Shown one piece after another: positions 25,608-35,521 of a stretch of DNA of 37,780 nucleotides. The DNA is from a virus (Duplodnaviria > Heunggongvirae > Uroviricota > Caudoviricetes), in the IMG/VR virus record IMGVR_UViG_2541047682_000004; one strand, 5' to 3'. Below the pieces are notes generated by a model. The model made no database searches. It was not told the origin of the DNA and saw nothing but the letters and a program-made list of their open reading frames with translations. Position 1 is the first letter of the stretch. The number at the start of each line of letters is the position of its first letter. A program made the position numbers and the translations under genes.

Positions 25608-27102
25608 TCTTTCACACATTATTGCAGCAGCATTCAATGAACCGCTGCTTCTGGAGCCCGCCTATGCGCGGGTTTTCTTTTGCGCGCTGGGGCGCGAGAT
25701 GGGGGCAGCAAGTCTTTCGGTACCGCAACAGCAGGTACAGCTTGATGCTCCCGGGATGCTGGCTGAAACGGACGAGTACATGGCCGGAGGTAAACGACCG
25801 GCCCGTGTTTACCGGGTGGTGAACGGTATTGCGGTACTGCCGGTGACCGGCACGCTGGTGCACCGGCTGGGGGGGATGCGGCCATTTTCCGGAATGACTG
25901 GCTATGACGGCATTGTCGCCTGTCTTCAGCAGGCAATGGCAGATAGCCAGGTGCGGGGCATACTGCTGGACATTGACAGTCCGGGCGGGCAGGCCGCCGG
26001 CGCGTTTGACTGCGCTGACATGATTTACCGCCTCCGGCAGCAGAAGCCGGTCTGGGCACTGTGTAATGACACGGCCTGTTCTGCGGCCATGCTGCTGGCG
26101 TCGGCCTGCTCCCGACGGCTGGTTACCCAGACATCCCGTATCGGTTCCATTGGCGTGATGATGAGCCATGTCAGCTATGCCGGTCATCTGGCGCAGGCCG
26201 GTGTGGATATCACGCTGATTTACTCAGGGGCGCACAAGGTGGATGGCAATCAGTTTGAAGCGTTGCCGGCAGAGGTTCGCCAGGACATGCAGCAGCGGAT
26301 TGATGCGGCGCGCCGGATGTTTGCCGAAAAAGTGGCGATGTATACCGGTCTGTCTGTTGATGCAGTCACGGGAACAGAGGCCGCTGTTTTTGAAGGTCAG
26401 TCCGGCATTGAGGCCGGGCTGGCGGATGAATTAATCAATGCGTCGGATGCCATCAGTGTGATGGCCACGGCGCTGAACAGTAATGTCAGAGGAGGCACTA
26501 TGCCGCAATTAACTGCAACGGAAGCCGCCGTGCAGGAGAACCAGCGAGTGATGGGGATCCTGACATGCCAGGAAGCGAAAGGACGTGAACAGCTTGCCAC
26601 GATGCTGGCAGGGCAACAGGGCATGAGCGTTGAACAGGCCCGGGCGATTCTGGCCGCGGCGGCACCGCAGCAGCCGGTGGCATCCGCGCAGAGTGAAGCC
26701 GATCGCATTATGGCGTGTGAAGAAGCGAACGGTCGTGAACAACTGGCGGCAACGCTGGCGGCGATGCCGGAGATGACGGTGGAAAAAGCCCGCCCGATCC
26801 TGGCGGCTGCACCACTGGCGGATGCCGGGCCCTCGCTTCGTGATCAGATCATGGCCCTGGATGAGGCAAAAGGGGCAGAAGCGCAGGCTGAAAAACTGGC
26901 GGCCTGCCCGGGAATGACCGTGGAGAACGCCCGGGCTGTGCTGGCTGCGGGATCAGGTAAGGCCGAACCGGTCTCTGCATCCACAACCGCCCTGTTTGAA
27001 CATTTCATGGCGAATCATTCACCGGCAGCGGTGCGGGGTGGCGTGTCACAGACGTCAGCAGACGGTGATGCGGACGTGAAAATGCTCATGGCCATGCCAT
27101 GA
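25597..27102 (+). CDS. C: head maturation protease / scaffold (lambda gpC with nested Nu3-like C-terminal region)
   Basis: 501 aa; S49/ClpP-like protease region similar to lambda C; C-terminal third has three tandem copies of an approximately 35-aa motif (I/VMxxxEAxG..Q..A.LA...GMTVE.AR.ILAA). Confidence 0.85.
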   Translation: MRRNLSHIIAAAFNEPLLLEPAYARVFFCALGREMGAASLSVPQQQVQLDAPGMLAETDEYMAGGKRPARVYRVVNGIAVLPVTGTLVHRLGGMRPFSGMTGYDGIVACLQQAMADSQVRGILLDIDSPGGQAAGAFDCADMIYRLRQQKPVWALCNDTACSAAMLLASACSRRLVTQTSRIGSIGVMMSHVSYAGHLAQAGVDITLIYSGAHKVDGNQFEALPAEVRQDMQQRIDAARRMFAEKVAMYTGLSVDAVTGTEAAVFEGQSGIEAGLADELINASDAISVMATALNSNVRGGTMPQLTATEAAVQENQRVMGILTCQEAKGREQLATMLAGQQGMSVEQARAILAAAAPQQPVASAQSEADRIMACEEANGREQLAATLAAMPEMTVEKARPILAAAPLADAGPSLRDQIMALDEAKGAEAQAEKLAACPGMTVENARAVLAAGSGKAEPVSASTTALFEHFMANHSPAAVRGGVSQTSADGDADVKMLMAMP

Positions 27103-27138
27103 AGTCAGTGCTGACCATCAATATGAGGTTTTAACAAA

Positions 27139-27486
27139 ATGGTGACGAAAACCATCACTGAACAGCGTGCGGAAGTACGTATTTTTGCCGGTAATGATCC
27201 GGCTCATACCGCCACAGGCAGCAGCGGGATTTCTTCTGCAACACCGGCTCTGACGCCCCTGATGCTGGATGAAGCCACCGGGAAACTGGTGGTCTGGGAC
27301 GGACAGAAAGCCGGTAGTGCGGTTGGCATACTGGTACTGCCGCTTGAAGGCACAGAGACGGTGCTGACCTATTACAAGTCGGGGACCTTTGCGACGGAGG
27401 CAATCCGCTGGCCTGACAGTGTGGATGAACACAAAAAGGCAAATGCCTTTGCCGGCACAGCCCTGAGTCACGCGGCGCTGCCGTAA
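27139..27486 (+). CDS. D: head decoration protein (lambda gpD)
   Basis: 115 aa; NDPAHTATG...TPLMLD...YKSGTF...FAGTA matches lambda D. Confidence 0.85.
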   Translation: MVTKTITEQRAEVRIFAGNDPAHTATGSSGISSATPALTPLMLDEATGKLVVWDGQKAGSAVGILVLPLEGTETVLTYYKSGTFATEAIRWPDSVDEHKKANAFAGTALSHAALP

Positions 27487-27543
27487 CACGTTATCAGGCC
27501 ACCATGGTGACCTGACTGATTTCTGAATGAAAGGAACTGATTT

Positions 27544-28572
27544 ATGGGATTGTTTACGACCCGCCAGTTACTCGGTTATACCGAACAAAAAGTGAAATTC
27601 CGTGCGCTGTTTCTGGAGCTGTTTTTCCGCCGTACGGTGAATTTCCACACCGAAGAGGTGATGCTGGACAAAATTACCGGAAAAACGCCGGTGGCGGCCT
27701 ATGTCTCCCCGATCGTTGAAGGAAAAGTGCTTCGCCATCGCGGTGGTGAAACCCGCGTGTTACGTCCGGGCTACGTCAAGCCGAAACACGAATTTAATTA
27801 CCAGCAGGCGGTTGAGCGCCTTCCTGGTGAAGATCCGGCTCAGCTGAACGACCCGGCCTACCGTCGTCTGCGTATCATTACCGATAACCTCAAACAGGAA
27901 GAGCACGCCATTGTCCAGGTGGAAGAAATGCAGGCGGTGAATGCCGTGCTGTATGGCAAATACACCATGGAAGGGGAGCAGTTTGATACTGTCGAGGTGG
28001 ATTTCGGGCGCTCTGAAGGAAATAACATTGAGCAGGCTGACGGTAAAAAATGGTCTGAGCAGGACCGTGATACGTTTGATCCGACGCATGATATTGACCT
28101 CTACTGCGATCAGGCCAGCGGCCTTGTGAATATCGCCATTATGGACGGTACGGTCTGGCGTCTGCTGAATGGCTTTAAGCTGTTCCGCGAAAAACTGGAT
28201 ACCCGTCGCGGCTCAAATTCACAACTCGAAACGGCAGTGAAAGATCTGGGCGCAGTGGTGTCCTTCAAGGGGTATTACGGCGATCTGGCCATTGTGGTGG
28301 CGAAAACGTCTTATGTGGCAGAGGACGGTACCGAAAAACGTTATCTGCCGGAGGGCATGCTGGTGTTGGGGAATACGGCGGCAGAGGGGATTCGTTGCTA
28401 TGGTGCCATTAAGGATGCACAGGCGTTGTCTGAAGGAGTGGTGGCTTCTTCCCGTTACCCGAAACACTGGCTGACCGTGGGCGATCCGTCCTGTGAATTC
28501 ACCATGACGCAGTCCGCTCCGCTGATGGTGCTGCCGGATCCGGATGAGTTTGTGGTGGTACAGGTGAAATAA
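27544..28572 (+). CDS. E: major capsid protein (lambda gpE)
   Basis: 342 aa; near-colinear with lambda E (YVSPIV.G.V, PGYVKPKHE, TMTQSAPLM). Confidence 0.9.
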   Translation: MGLFTTRQLLGYTEQKVKFRALFLELFFRRTVNFHTEEVMLDKITGKTPVAAYVSPIVEGKVLRHRGGETRVLRPGYVKPKHEFNYQQAVERLPGEDPAQLNDPAYRRLRIITDNLKQEEHAIVQVEEMQAVNAVLYGKYTMEGEQFDTVEVDFGRSEGNNIEQADGKKWSEQDRDTFDPTHDIDLYCDQASGLVNIAIMDGTVWRLLNGFKLFREKLDTRRGSNSQLETAVKDLGAVVSFKGYYGDLAIVVAKTSYVAEDGTEKRYLPEGMLVLGNTAAEGIRCYGAIKDAQALSEGVVASSRYPKHWLTVGDPSCEFTMTQSAPLMVLPDPDEFVVVQVK

Positions 28573-28579
28573 TCCGTGA

Positions 28580-28609
28580 GCGGGGGCGAAATGCCCCCGT
28601 GTCTTTTTT
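28580..28609 (+). terminator. intrinsic terminator-like hairpin between E and FI
   Basis: CGGGGGC-GAAAT-GCCCCCG followed by TGTCTTTTTTC. Confidence 0.55.
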
Positions 28610-28623
28610 CACAGGAGGCTGAG

Positions 28624-29007
28624 ATGGCAACAAAAGAAGAAAATCTGAATCGTCTTCGTCAACTGGCTGACCTGCTGGGGCGCGAGGCGGATATGTCGGG
28701 GAGTGCTGCGGATATTGCTCAACGTGTGTCTGAGTGGGAAGAGGAGCTTGCTGTTTCCCCGGAGGGCATTATGCACTCTGATGAGAGCGGGGCTGATCAA
28801 AATCACACAGACGATGGTGAGCAGTTGAACAACACGGATGCTCCGGATGATGTTAAAGCCGTCCGGGTACGGAAGTGCCTGCAAGTAATGGGGTATTGCC
28901 CGGAGACAGGTCGTCCCGTTGAGCTGGCGTTACGGGGTATGCGTGTTCTGGTGCCATCATCACTGGCAACGGCCATGATACAGCACGGAACGGCTGAATA
29001 TGCGTGA
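28624..29007 (+). CDS. FI: DNA packaging protein FI-like
   Basis: start at MATKEENLNRL with ACAGGAGG RBS; acidic Fi-like composition; overlaps FII start. Confidence 0.7.
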   Translation: MATKEENLNRLRQLADLLGREADMSGSAADIAQRVSEWEEELAVSPEGIMHSDESGADQNHTDDGEQLNNTDAPDDVKAVRVRKCLQVMGYCPETGRPVELALRGMRVLVPSSLATAMIQHGTAEYA

Positions 29008-29353
29008 TTTTCAGAATGCCTTTGATGCTGCCCTCGCCGGGGTAGACAGTACGATCGTTGAAGTGATGGGGCTCTGTGCGCAGTTCACCTCGGGGGCACA
29101 GTGTGGCAGCGAAGTTCAGGGGGTTTTTGATGATCCGGAGTCGCTGGGGTTTGCCGGTGGCGGGGTCCGTATTGAAGGAAGCAGCCCGTCATTATTTGTG
29201 CGGACGGATACGGTTCGTGCCGTGCGGCGTGGTGACACGCTGACCATTAATGGTGAGATATTCTGGGTGGATCGTGTTTCTCCGGATGACGGGGGCAGCT
29301 GTTATCTCTGGCTCAACCGTGGTCAACCACCCGCAGTTAACCGGCGACGATAA
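29000..29353 (+). CDS. FII: head-tail connector protein FII
   Basis: 117 aa; close match to lambda FII (RVSPDDGGSC.LWL.RG.PPAVNRRR). Confidence 0.85.
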   Translation: MRDFQNAFDAALAGVDSTIVEVMGLCAQFTSGAQCGSEVQGVFDDPESLGFAGGGVRIEGSSPSLFVRTDTVRAVRRGDTLTINGEIFWVDRVSPDDGGSCYLWLNRGQPPAVNRRR

Positions 29354-29368
29354 ACGCAGGGTGAAATT

Positions 29369-29902
29369 ATGGCGATAAAAGGGCTTGATCAGGCGATTGA
29401 CAATCTGAGCCGGGTTCGTAAAAACGCCATTCCGGCGGCTTCAGCAATGGCCATTAACCGCGTGGCCACAACGGCGATTAATCAGTCTTCATCACAGGTT
29501 GCCCGGGAGACAAAGGTTCGCCGGAAACTGGTTAAGGAACGGTCCAGACTGAAACGGGCGACGGTCAGAAATCCGAATGCCAGAATTATCGTTAACCGCG
29601 GTGATCTCCCTGTGATTAAGCTGGGGATCAGGATGCTGGGGCGTCGCCCGAACAGCATACTTAAAGCCGGTCAGCATCGGTATCAGCGGGCATTTATTCA
29701 GAGATTAAAAAATGGTCGCTGGCATGTCATGCAGCGTGTGGCCGGGAAAAACCGTTACCCCATTGATGTGGTGAAAATCCCGATGGCGGCCCCACTGAAA
29801 CAGGCATTTGATGAGAATGTTGACCGTATCCGGCGTGAACGCCTGCCTAAAGAACTGGCATACGCGCTGAAACAACAACTGAGGATTGCAATAAAACGAT
29901 GA
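29369..29902 (+). CDS. Z: tail completion protein Z
   Basis: 177 aa; position and lambda Z-like sequence. Confidence 0.8.
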   Translation: MAIKGLDQAIDNLSRVRKNAIPAASAMAINRVATTAINQSSSQVARETKVRRKLVKERSRLKRATVRNPNARIIVNRGDLPVIKLGIRMLGRRPNSILKAGQHRYQRAFIQRLKNGRWHVMQRVAGKNRYPIDVVKIPMAAPLKQAFDENVDRIRRERLPKELAYALKQQLRIAIKR

Positions 29903-30294
29903 AACACACTGACATTCGTGCCGCAGTGCTGGATGCACTCGAGCAGCATGAACACGGGGCGACGCTGTTTGATGGTCGCCCCGTTGTTTTTGACGAAGAG
30001 GATTTTCCTGCGATCGCGGTTTATCTGACGGATGCAGAGTATACCGGTGAAGAGCTGGATGCAGATACCTGGCGGGCCACGCTGCATATTGAGGTGTTTT
30101 TACCGGCACAGGTACCGGATTCAGAGCTTGATCAGTGGATGGAAAGCCGGATTTACCCGGCGATGACCGCGATCCCGGCACTGGCAGGACTGATTACCAC
30201 GATGGTTACGCAGGGCTATGAGTATCGTCGTGATGACGATATGGCGTTATGGAGTTCTGCAGATCTGACTTATTCCATTACATACGAGATGTGA
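29899..30294 (+). CDS. U: tail terminator protein U
   Basis: 131 aa; lambda U-like; 4-nt overlap with Z. Confidence 0.85.
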   Translation: MKHTDIRAAVLDALEQHEHGATLFDGRPVVFDEEDFPAIAVYLTDAEYTGEELDADTWRATLHIEVFLPAQVPDSELDQWMESRIYPAMTAIPALAGLITTMVTQGYEYRRDDDMALWSSADLTYSITYEM

Positions 30295-30301
30295 GGACGA
30301 T

Positions 30302-31054
30302 ATGGCAACACCAAATCCCCTTGAGCCGGTAAAAGGTGCCGGTACCACTCTGTGGGTTTACAACGGCAAGGGTGATGCTTATGCAAACCCGTTGTCAGAC
30401 GATGACTGGCAGCGACTGGCTAAGGTGAAGGATCTGACGCCGGGCGAGATGACGGCAGAATCCTACGATGATAACTACCTGGATGATGAAGACGCGGACT
30501 GGACCGCGACCGGGCAGGGGCAGAAATCTGCAGGTGATACCAGTTTTACGCTGGCCTGGAAACCGGGAGAGGAAGGCCAGAAAGGGCTTATAGGCTGGTT
30601 TGAAAGCGGCGATGTCCGGGCCTATAAAATCCGTTTTCCGAATGGCACGGTGGATGTGTTTCGTGGCTGGGTCAGCAGTATCGGTAAGGCCGTGACGGCG
30701 AAAGAAGTGATCACCCGCACGGTGAAAGTCACTAACGTGGGTAAACCTTCTGTAGCGGAAGAACGCAGCAAAATTACGCCGGTCAGTGCGATTAAGGTGA
30801 CGCCGACATCCGGTACGGTGGCAAAAGGGAAAACAACCACCCTGACGGTTTCTTTTGAGCCGGAAAGTGCAACCGACAAGACGTTCAGAGCGGTTTCCGC
30901 CGATCCGTCGAAAGCCACCATTAGTGTGAAAGATATGACAATTACGGTAAACGGCGTGGCGACAGGTAAGGTGCAGATCCCTGTGGTGAGCGGAAATGGT
31001 CAGTTCGCCGCAGTGGCTGAAGTCACCGTTACTGAAGCGGGCGCTGCAGGGTAA
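30302..31054 (+). CDS. V: major tail tube protein V (C-terminal Ig-like domain)
   Basis: 250 aa; lambda V-like. Confidence 0.9.
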   Translation: MATPNPLEPVKGAGTTLWVYNGKGDAYANPLSDDDWQRLAKVKDLTPGEMTAESYDDNYLDDEDADWTATGQGQKSAGDTSFTLAWKPGEEGQKGLIGWFESGDVRAYKIRFPNGTVDVFRGWVSSIGKAVTAKEVITRTVKVTNVGKPSVAEERSKITPVSAIKVTPTSGTVAKGKTTTLTVSFEPESATDKTFRAVSADPSKATISVKDMTITVNGVATGKVQIPVVSGNGQFAAVAEVTVTEAGAAG

Positions 31055-31067
31055 ACGGAGGTAATAC

Positions 31068-31499
31068 ATGTTTCTGAAAACAGAACAATTTGAATATAAC
31101 GGTGTGTCTGTCACGCTTTCCGAATTGTCTGCGCTGCAGCGTATCGAGCATCTTGCCCTCCTGAAACGGCGTGCAGAACAGGCAGAATCCTGCGGCAACC
31201 TGCAGGTAAGCGTGGAAGATCTCGTCAGAACCGGCGCGTTTCTGGTGGCGATGTCCCTGTGGCATAACCATCCACAGAAAACGCAGTCACCGTCAATGAA
31301 TGAGGCCGTGATGAAGATAGAGCAGGAAGTGCTCACCACCTGGCCTGCCGATGCCATTGCCCGGGCGGAAGACGTGGTGTTGTGCCTGTCCGGGATGATC
31401 GAAGCTGTTCGTCCGGATACTGATATTACTGAAGTGGCGAAAAATAACACGCTGACTGATGATGATTTTTCTGCGGGAAAGTCTTCGACGGCGAGCTGA
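31068..31499 (+). CDS. G: tail assembly chaperone G
   Basis: 143 aa; lambda G-like; slippery heptamer near its 3' end. Confidence 0.8.
   Translation: MFLKTEQFEYNGVSVTLSELSALQRIEHLALLKRRAEQAESCGNLQVSVEDLVRTGAFLVAMSLWHNHPQKTQSPSMNEAVMKIEQEVLTTWPADAIARAEDVVLCLSGMIEAVRPDTDITEVAKNNTLTDDDFSAGKSSTAS
31475..31481 (+). promoter_or_regulatory. programmed -1 ribosomal frameshift site (G GGA AAG) producing the G-T fusion
   Basis: heptamer GGGAAAG in the G frame; downstream T ORF is in the -1 frame. Confidence 0.7.
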
Positions 31500-31525
31500 A
31501 CTTTGCCCTCAGACTGGCGCGTGAG

Positions 31526-31939
31526 ATGGGGAGACCCGACTGGCGCGCCATGCTTGCCGGGATGACATCCACCGAATATGCCGACTGGCACCGTTTTTAC
31601 CGCACGCATTATTTTCAGGATACCCAGCTGGATATGCATTTTTCCGGGCTGACGTACGCTGTACTCAGCCTGTTTTTTTGCGATCCGGATATGCATCCCT
31701 CTGATTTCAGTCTGCTTGTCCCCCGGCATGAGGAAGAGCAGGTGGAGAGGCCGGATGAGGACAAAATGCTGATGCAGAAAGCGGCAGGACTTGCCGGAGG
31801 CGTCCGGTTCGGTGGGGACGGAGGGCGCGATATTTTATCGTCTGCGGATGTGGCGGATGTCATGGTGGATGATGCCGCATTAATGATGGCTTCAGCGGGG
31901 ATTCCGGGAGGTGTGAGATATGTCCCAGCCGGTTGGTGA
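31526..31939 (+). CDS. T: tail assembly protein T (made as a G-T frameshift fusion)
   Basis: ORF in the -1 frame relative to G, contiguous with the slippery site; lambda T-like. Confidence 0.75.
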   Translation: MGRPDWRAMLAGMTSTEYADWHRFYRTHYFQDTQLDMHFSGLTYAVLSLFFCDPDMHPSDFSLLVPRHEEEQVERPDEDKMLMQKAAGLAGGVRFGGDGGRDILSSADVADVMVDDAALMMASAGIPGGVRYVPAGW

Positions 31940-34493
31940 TCTTGTTATTGACCTGAGTCTGGATGCTGTCCGTTTCGATGAGCAGATGAGCCGGGTAAGG
32001 CGTCATTTTTCAGGTCTGGATACCGACGCCAGAAAAACCGCCAGTGCTGTTGAACAGGGCCTGAGCCGCCAGGCGCTGGCTGCACAAAAAGCCGGGATTT
32101 CCGTCGGGCAGTATAAAGCGGCCATGCGAACCCTGCCCGCACAGTTTACGGATATCGCCACGCAGCTTGCCGGTGGTCAGAATCCCTGGTTGATCCTGCT
32201 GCAACAGGGCGGTCAGGTGAAGGACTCCTTCGGCGGGATGATCCCCATGTTCAGGGGGCTTGCCGGTGCGATCACCCTGCCGATGGTCGGGGTCACCTCG
32301 CTGGCGGTGGCGACAGGTGCGCTGGCGTACGCCTGGTACCAGGGCGACGCCACGCTTTCAGAATTTAATAAAACGCTGGTCCTTTCCGGCAATCAGGCCG
32401 GACTGACTGCCGATCGTATGCTGACGCTCTCAAGAGCCGGGCAGGCAGCAGGGCTGACGTTTAACCAGGCGAGAGAGTCACTGGCAGCCCTGGTGAATGC
32501 CGGTGTGCGTGGTGGTGAACAGTTTGATGCCATCAACCAGAGTGTCGCGCGTTTTGCGTCTGCATCCGGTGTGGAGGTGGATAAAGTCGCTGAAGCCTTC
32601 GGGAAGCTGACCACTGACCCGACGTCGGGACTGATGGCGATGGCGCGCCAGTTCCGTAACGTGACGGCAGAGCAGATTGCGTATGTTGCACAGCTGCAGC
32701 GTTCCGGAGACGAGGCCGGGGCATTGCAGGCGGCGAACGATATCGCCACGAAAGGCTTTGATGAGCAGACCCGTCGCCTGAAAGAAAACATGGGAACACT
32801 GGAGACCTGGGCGGATAAAACAGGGAAGGCATTCAAATCGATGTGGGATGCCATTCTGGATATCGGTCGTCCGGAATCCTCAGCGGATATGCTCGCCAGT
32901 GCGCAGAAGGCATTTGATGAGGCGGATAAAAAATGGCAGTGGTACCAGAGCCGGAGCCAGCGCCGGGGAAAGACCTCCTCTTTTCGTGCGAACCTTCAGG
33001 GGGCATGGGATGACCGGGAAAATGCCCGTCTGGGTCTGGCAGCGGCCACGCTGCAGTCGGATATGGAAAAAGCCGGTGAACTGGCGGCAAGGGACAGGGC
33101 TGAGCGTGAGTCGTCACAGCTGAAGTATACCGGAGAGGCGCAGAAGGCGTATGAGCGCCTGCAGACGCCGCTGGATAAATATACCGCCCGTCAGAAAGAG
33201 CTGAATAAGGCCCTGAAAGACGGAAAAATCCTGCAGGCGGATTACAACACGCTGATGGCGTCGGCAAAAAAGGATTATGAATCGACGCTGAAAAAGCCGT
33301 CAGGTGTGAAGGTGTCTGCCGGTGAGCGCCAGGAAGACCGGGCGCATGCAGCCCTGCTGGCGCTTGAAACCGAGCTCAGGACGCTGGAAAAACACAGCGG
33401 TGTGAATGAGAAAATCAGCCAGCAGCGCCGGGATTTATGGGAAGCGGAAAGTCAGTATGTGGTCCTGAAAGAGGCCGCCACGAAACGGCAGTTATCTGAG
33501 CAGGAAAAATCCCTGCTGGCTCATGAGAAAGAGACGCTGGAGTACAAACGCCAGCTGGCTGAGCTGGGAGACAAGATTGAACACCAGAAGCGGCTGAATG
33601 AGCTGGCACAGCAGGCGGCGCGGTTTGAACAGCAGCAAAGCGCGAAGCAGGCGGCAATCAGCGCAAAAGCCCGCGGCCTCACCGACCGTCAGGCGCAGCG
33701 GGAGTCGGAAGAGCAGCGCCTTCGTGAGGTGTACGGTGATAATCCGGCTGCGCTGGCGAAGGCCACATCGGCACTGAAGAACACCTGGTCTGCGGAGGAG
33801 CAGCTTCGTGGAAGCTGGATGGCCGGGATGAAGTCCGGCTGGGGAGAGTGGGCGGAAAGTGCGACGGACAGTTTTTCGCAGGTTAAAAGTGTGGCCACGC
33901 AGACCTTTGACGGTATTGCACAGAATATGGCGGCGATGCTGACCGGCAGCGAACAGAACTGGCGGGGATTCACCCGTTCCGTGCTGTCCATGATGACAGA
34001 AATTCTGCTTAAGCAGGCAATGGTGGGGATTGTCGGGAGTATCGGCAGCGCCATTGGCGGGGCTGTTGGTGGCGGCGCATCCGCGTCAGGCGGTACAGCC
34101 ATTCAGGCCGCCGCGGCGAAATTCCATTTTGCAACCGGAGGATTTACGGGAACCGGCGGCAAATATGAGCCAGCGGGGATTGTTCACCGTGGTGAATTTG
34201 TCTTCACAAAGGAGGCAACCAGCCGGATTGGCGTGGGGAATCTCTATCGGCTGATGCGCGGCTATGCCACCGGTGGTTATGTCGGTACACCGGGCAGTCT
34301 GGCTGACAGCCGGTCGCAGGCGTCCGGGACGTTTGAGCAGAATAACCATGTGGTGATTAACAACGACGGCACGAACGGGCAGATAGGTCCGGCTGCTCTG
34401 AAGGCGGTGTATGACATGGCCCGCAAGGGTGCCCGTGATGAAATTCAGACACAGATGCGTGATGGTGGACTGTTCTCCGGAGGTGGACGATGA
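31920..34493 (+). CDS. H: tail tape measure protein H
   Basis: 857 aa; near-colinear with lambda H (N-terminal PVGDLVIDLSLDAVRFDEQM, C-terminal GLFSGGGR). Confidence 0.9.
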   Translation: MSQPVGDLVIDLSLDAVRFDEQMSRVRRHFSGLDTDARKTASAVEQGLSRQALAAQKAGISVGQYKAAMRTLPAQFTDIATQLAGGQNPWLILLQQGGQVKDSFGGMIPMFRGLAGAITLPMVGVTSLAVATGALAYAWYQGDATLSEFNKTLVLSGNQAGLTADRMLTLSRAGQAAGLTFNQARESLAALVNAGVRGGEQFDAINQSVARFASASGVEVDKVAEAFGKLTTDPTSGLMAMARQFRNVTAEQIAYVAQLQRSGDEAGALQAANDIATKGFDEQTRRLKENMGTLETWADKTGKAFKSMWDAILDIGRPESSADMLASAQKAFDEADKKWQWYQSRSQRRGKTSSFRANLQGAWDDRENARLGLAAATLQSDMEKAGELAARDRAERESSQLKYTGEAQKAYERLQTPLDKYTARQKELNKALKDGKILQADYNTLMASAKKDYESTLKKPSGVKVSAGERQEDRAHAALLALETELRTLEKHSGVNEKISQQRRDLWEAESQYVVLKEAATKRQLSEQEKSLLAHEKETLEYKRQLAELGDKIEHQKRLNELAQQAARFEQQQSAKQAAISAKARGLTDRQAQRESEEQRLREVYGDNPAALAKATSALKNTWSAEEQLRGSWMAGMKSGWGEWAESATDSFSQVKSVATQTFDGIAQNMAAMLTGSEQNWRGFTRSVLSMMTEILLKQAMVGIVGSIGSAIGGAVGGGASASGGTAIQAAAAKFHFATGGFTGTGGKYEPAGIVHRGEFVFTKEATSRIGVGNLYRLMRGYATGGYVGTPGSLADSRSQASGTFEQNNHVVINNDGTNGQIGPAALKAVYDMARKGARDEIQTQMRDGGLFSGGGR

Positions 34494-34819
34494 AAACCTT
34501 CCGCTGGAAAGTGAAACCCGGGATGGATGTGACATCGGCTCCTTCCGTCAGGGAGGTGCGCTTTGGTGATGGCTATTCCCAGCGTGCGCCTGCCGGGCTG
34601 AACGCTGACCTGAAAACGTACAGCGTGACGCTGTCTGTCTCCCGTGAGGAGGCCACGGCGCTGGAGTCGTTTCTGGCTGAGCACGGGGGCTGGAAGGCCT
34701 TTCTGTGGACGCCGCCTTATGGTTACAGGCAGATAAAGGTGACCTGCGCAAAATGGTCGTCGCAGGTCAGTATGTTGCGTGTTGGGTTCAGCGCAGAGTT
34801 TAAACAGGTGGTGAACTGA
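34490..34819 (+). CDS. M: minor tail protein M
   Basis: 109 aa; lambda M-like. Confidence 0.85.
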   Translation: MKTFRWKVKPGMDVTSAPSVREVRFGDGYSQRAPAGLNADLKTYSVTLSVSREEATALESFLAEHGGWKAFLWTPPYGYRQIKVTCAKWSSQVSMLRVGFSAEFKQVVN

Positions 34820-35517
34820 TGCAGGATATCCGGCAGGAAACACTGAATGAATGCACCCGTGCGGAGCAGTCGGCCAGCGTGGTGCTCTGGGAAATCGATC
34901 TGACAGAGGTCGGTGGAGAACGTTATTTTTTCTGTAATGAGCAGAACGAAAAAGGTGAGCCGGTCACCTGGCAGGGGAGGCAGTATCAGGCGTATCCCAT
35001 TCAGGGGAGCGGTTTTGAACTGAATGGCAAAGGCACCAGTACGCGGCCCACGCTGGCAGTCTCTAACCTGTACGGCATGGTCACCGGTATGGTGGAAGAT
35101 ATGCAGAGTCTGGTCGGCGGAACGGTGGTCCGGCGTAAGGTTTACGCCCGTTTTCTGGATGCGGTGAACTTCGTCAACGGAAACAGAGACGCCGATCCGG
35201 AGCAGGAGGTGATCAGCCGCTGGCGCATCGAGCAGTGCAGCGAACTGAGCGCGGTGAGTGCCTCCTTTGTACTGTCCACGCCGACGGAAACGGATGGCGC
35301 TGTTTTTCCGGGGCGTATCATGCTGGCCAACACCTGCACCTGGACCTATCGCGGTGATGAGTGCGGTTATCACGGTCCGGCAGTCGCGGATGAATATGAC
35401 CAGCCGACGTCCGATATCACGAAGGATAAATGCAGCAAATGCCTGAGCGGCTGTAAGTTTCGCAATAACGTCGGCAACTTTGGCGGCTTCCTTTCCATTA
35501 ACAAACTTTCGCAGTAA
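34819..35517 (+). CDS. L: minor tail protein L
   Basis: 232 aa; nearly identical to my recollection of lambda L (MQDIRQETLNECTRAEQSASVVLWEIDL...). Confidence 0.9.
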   Translation: MQDIRQETLNECTRAEQSASVVLWEIDLTEVGGERYFFCNEQNEKGEPVTWQGRQYQAYPIQGSGFELNGKGTSTRPTLAVSNLYGMVTGMVEDMQSLVGGTVVRRKVYARFLDAVNFVNGNRDADPEQEVISRWRIEQCSELSAVSASFVLSTPTETDGAVFPGRIMLANTCTWTYRGDECGYHGPAVADEYDQPTSDITKDKCSKCLSGCKFRNNVGNFGGFLSINKLSQ

Positions 35518-35521
35518 TCCC

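Noticed and set aside
25612-26187. 191-aa and 141-aa minus-strand ORFs inside gene C
   Set aside because: Antisense to the conserved protease/scaffold gene; Arg/Pro-rich low-complexity translation.
30395-31729. 444-aa minus-strand ORF
   Set aside because: Runs antisense through the lambda-like V and G genes; Arg/Cys-rich, improbable composition; an artefact of a GC-rich coding region.
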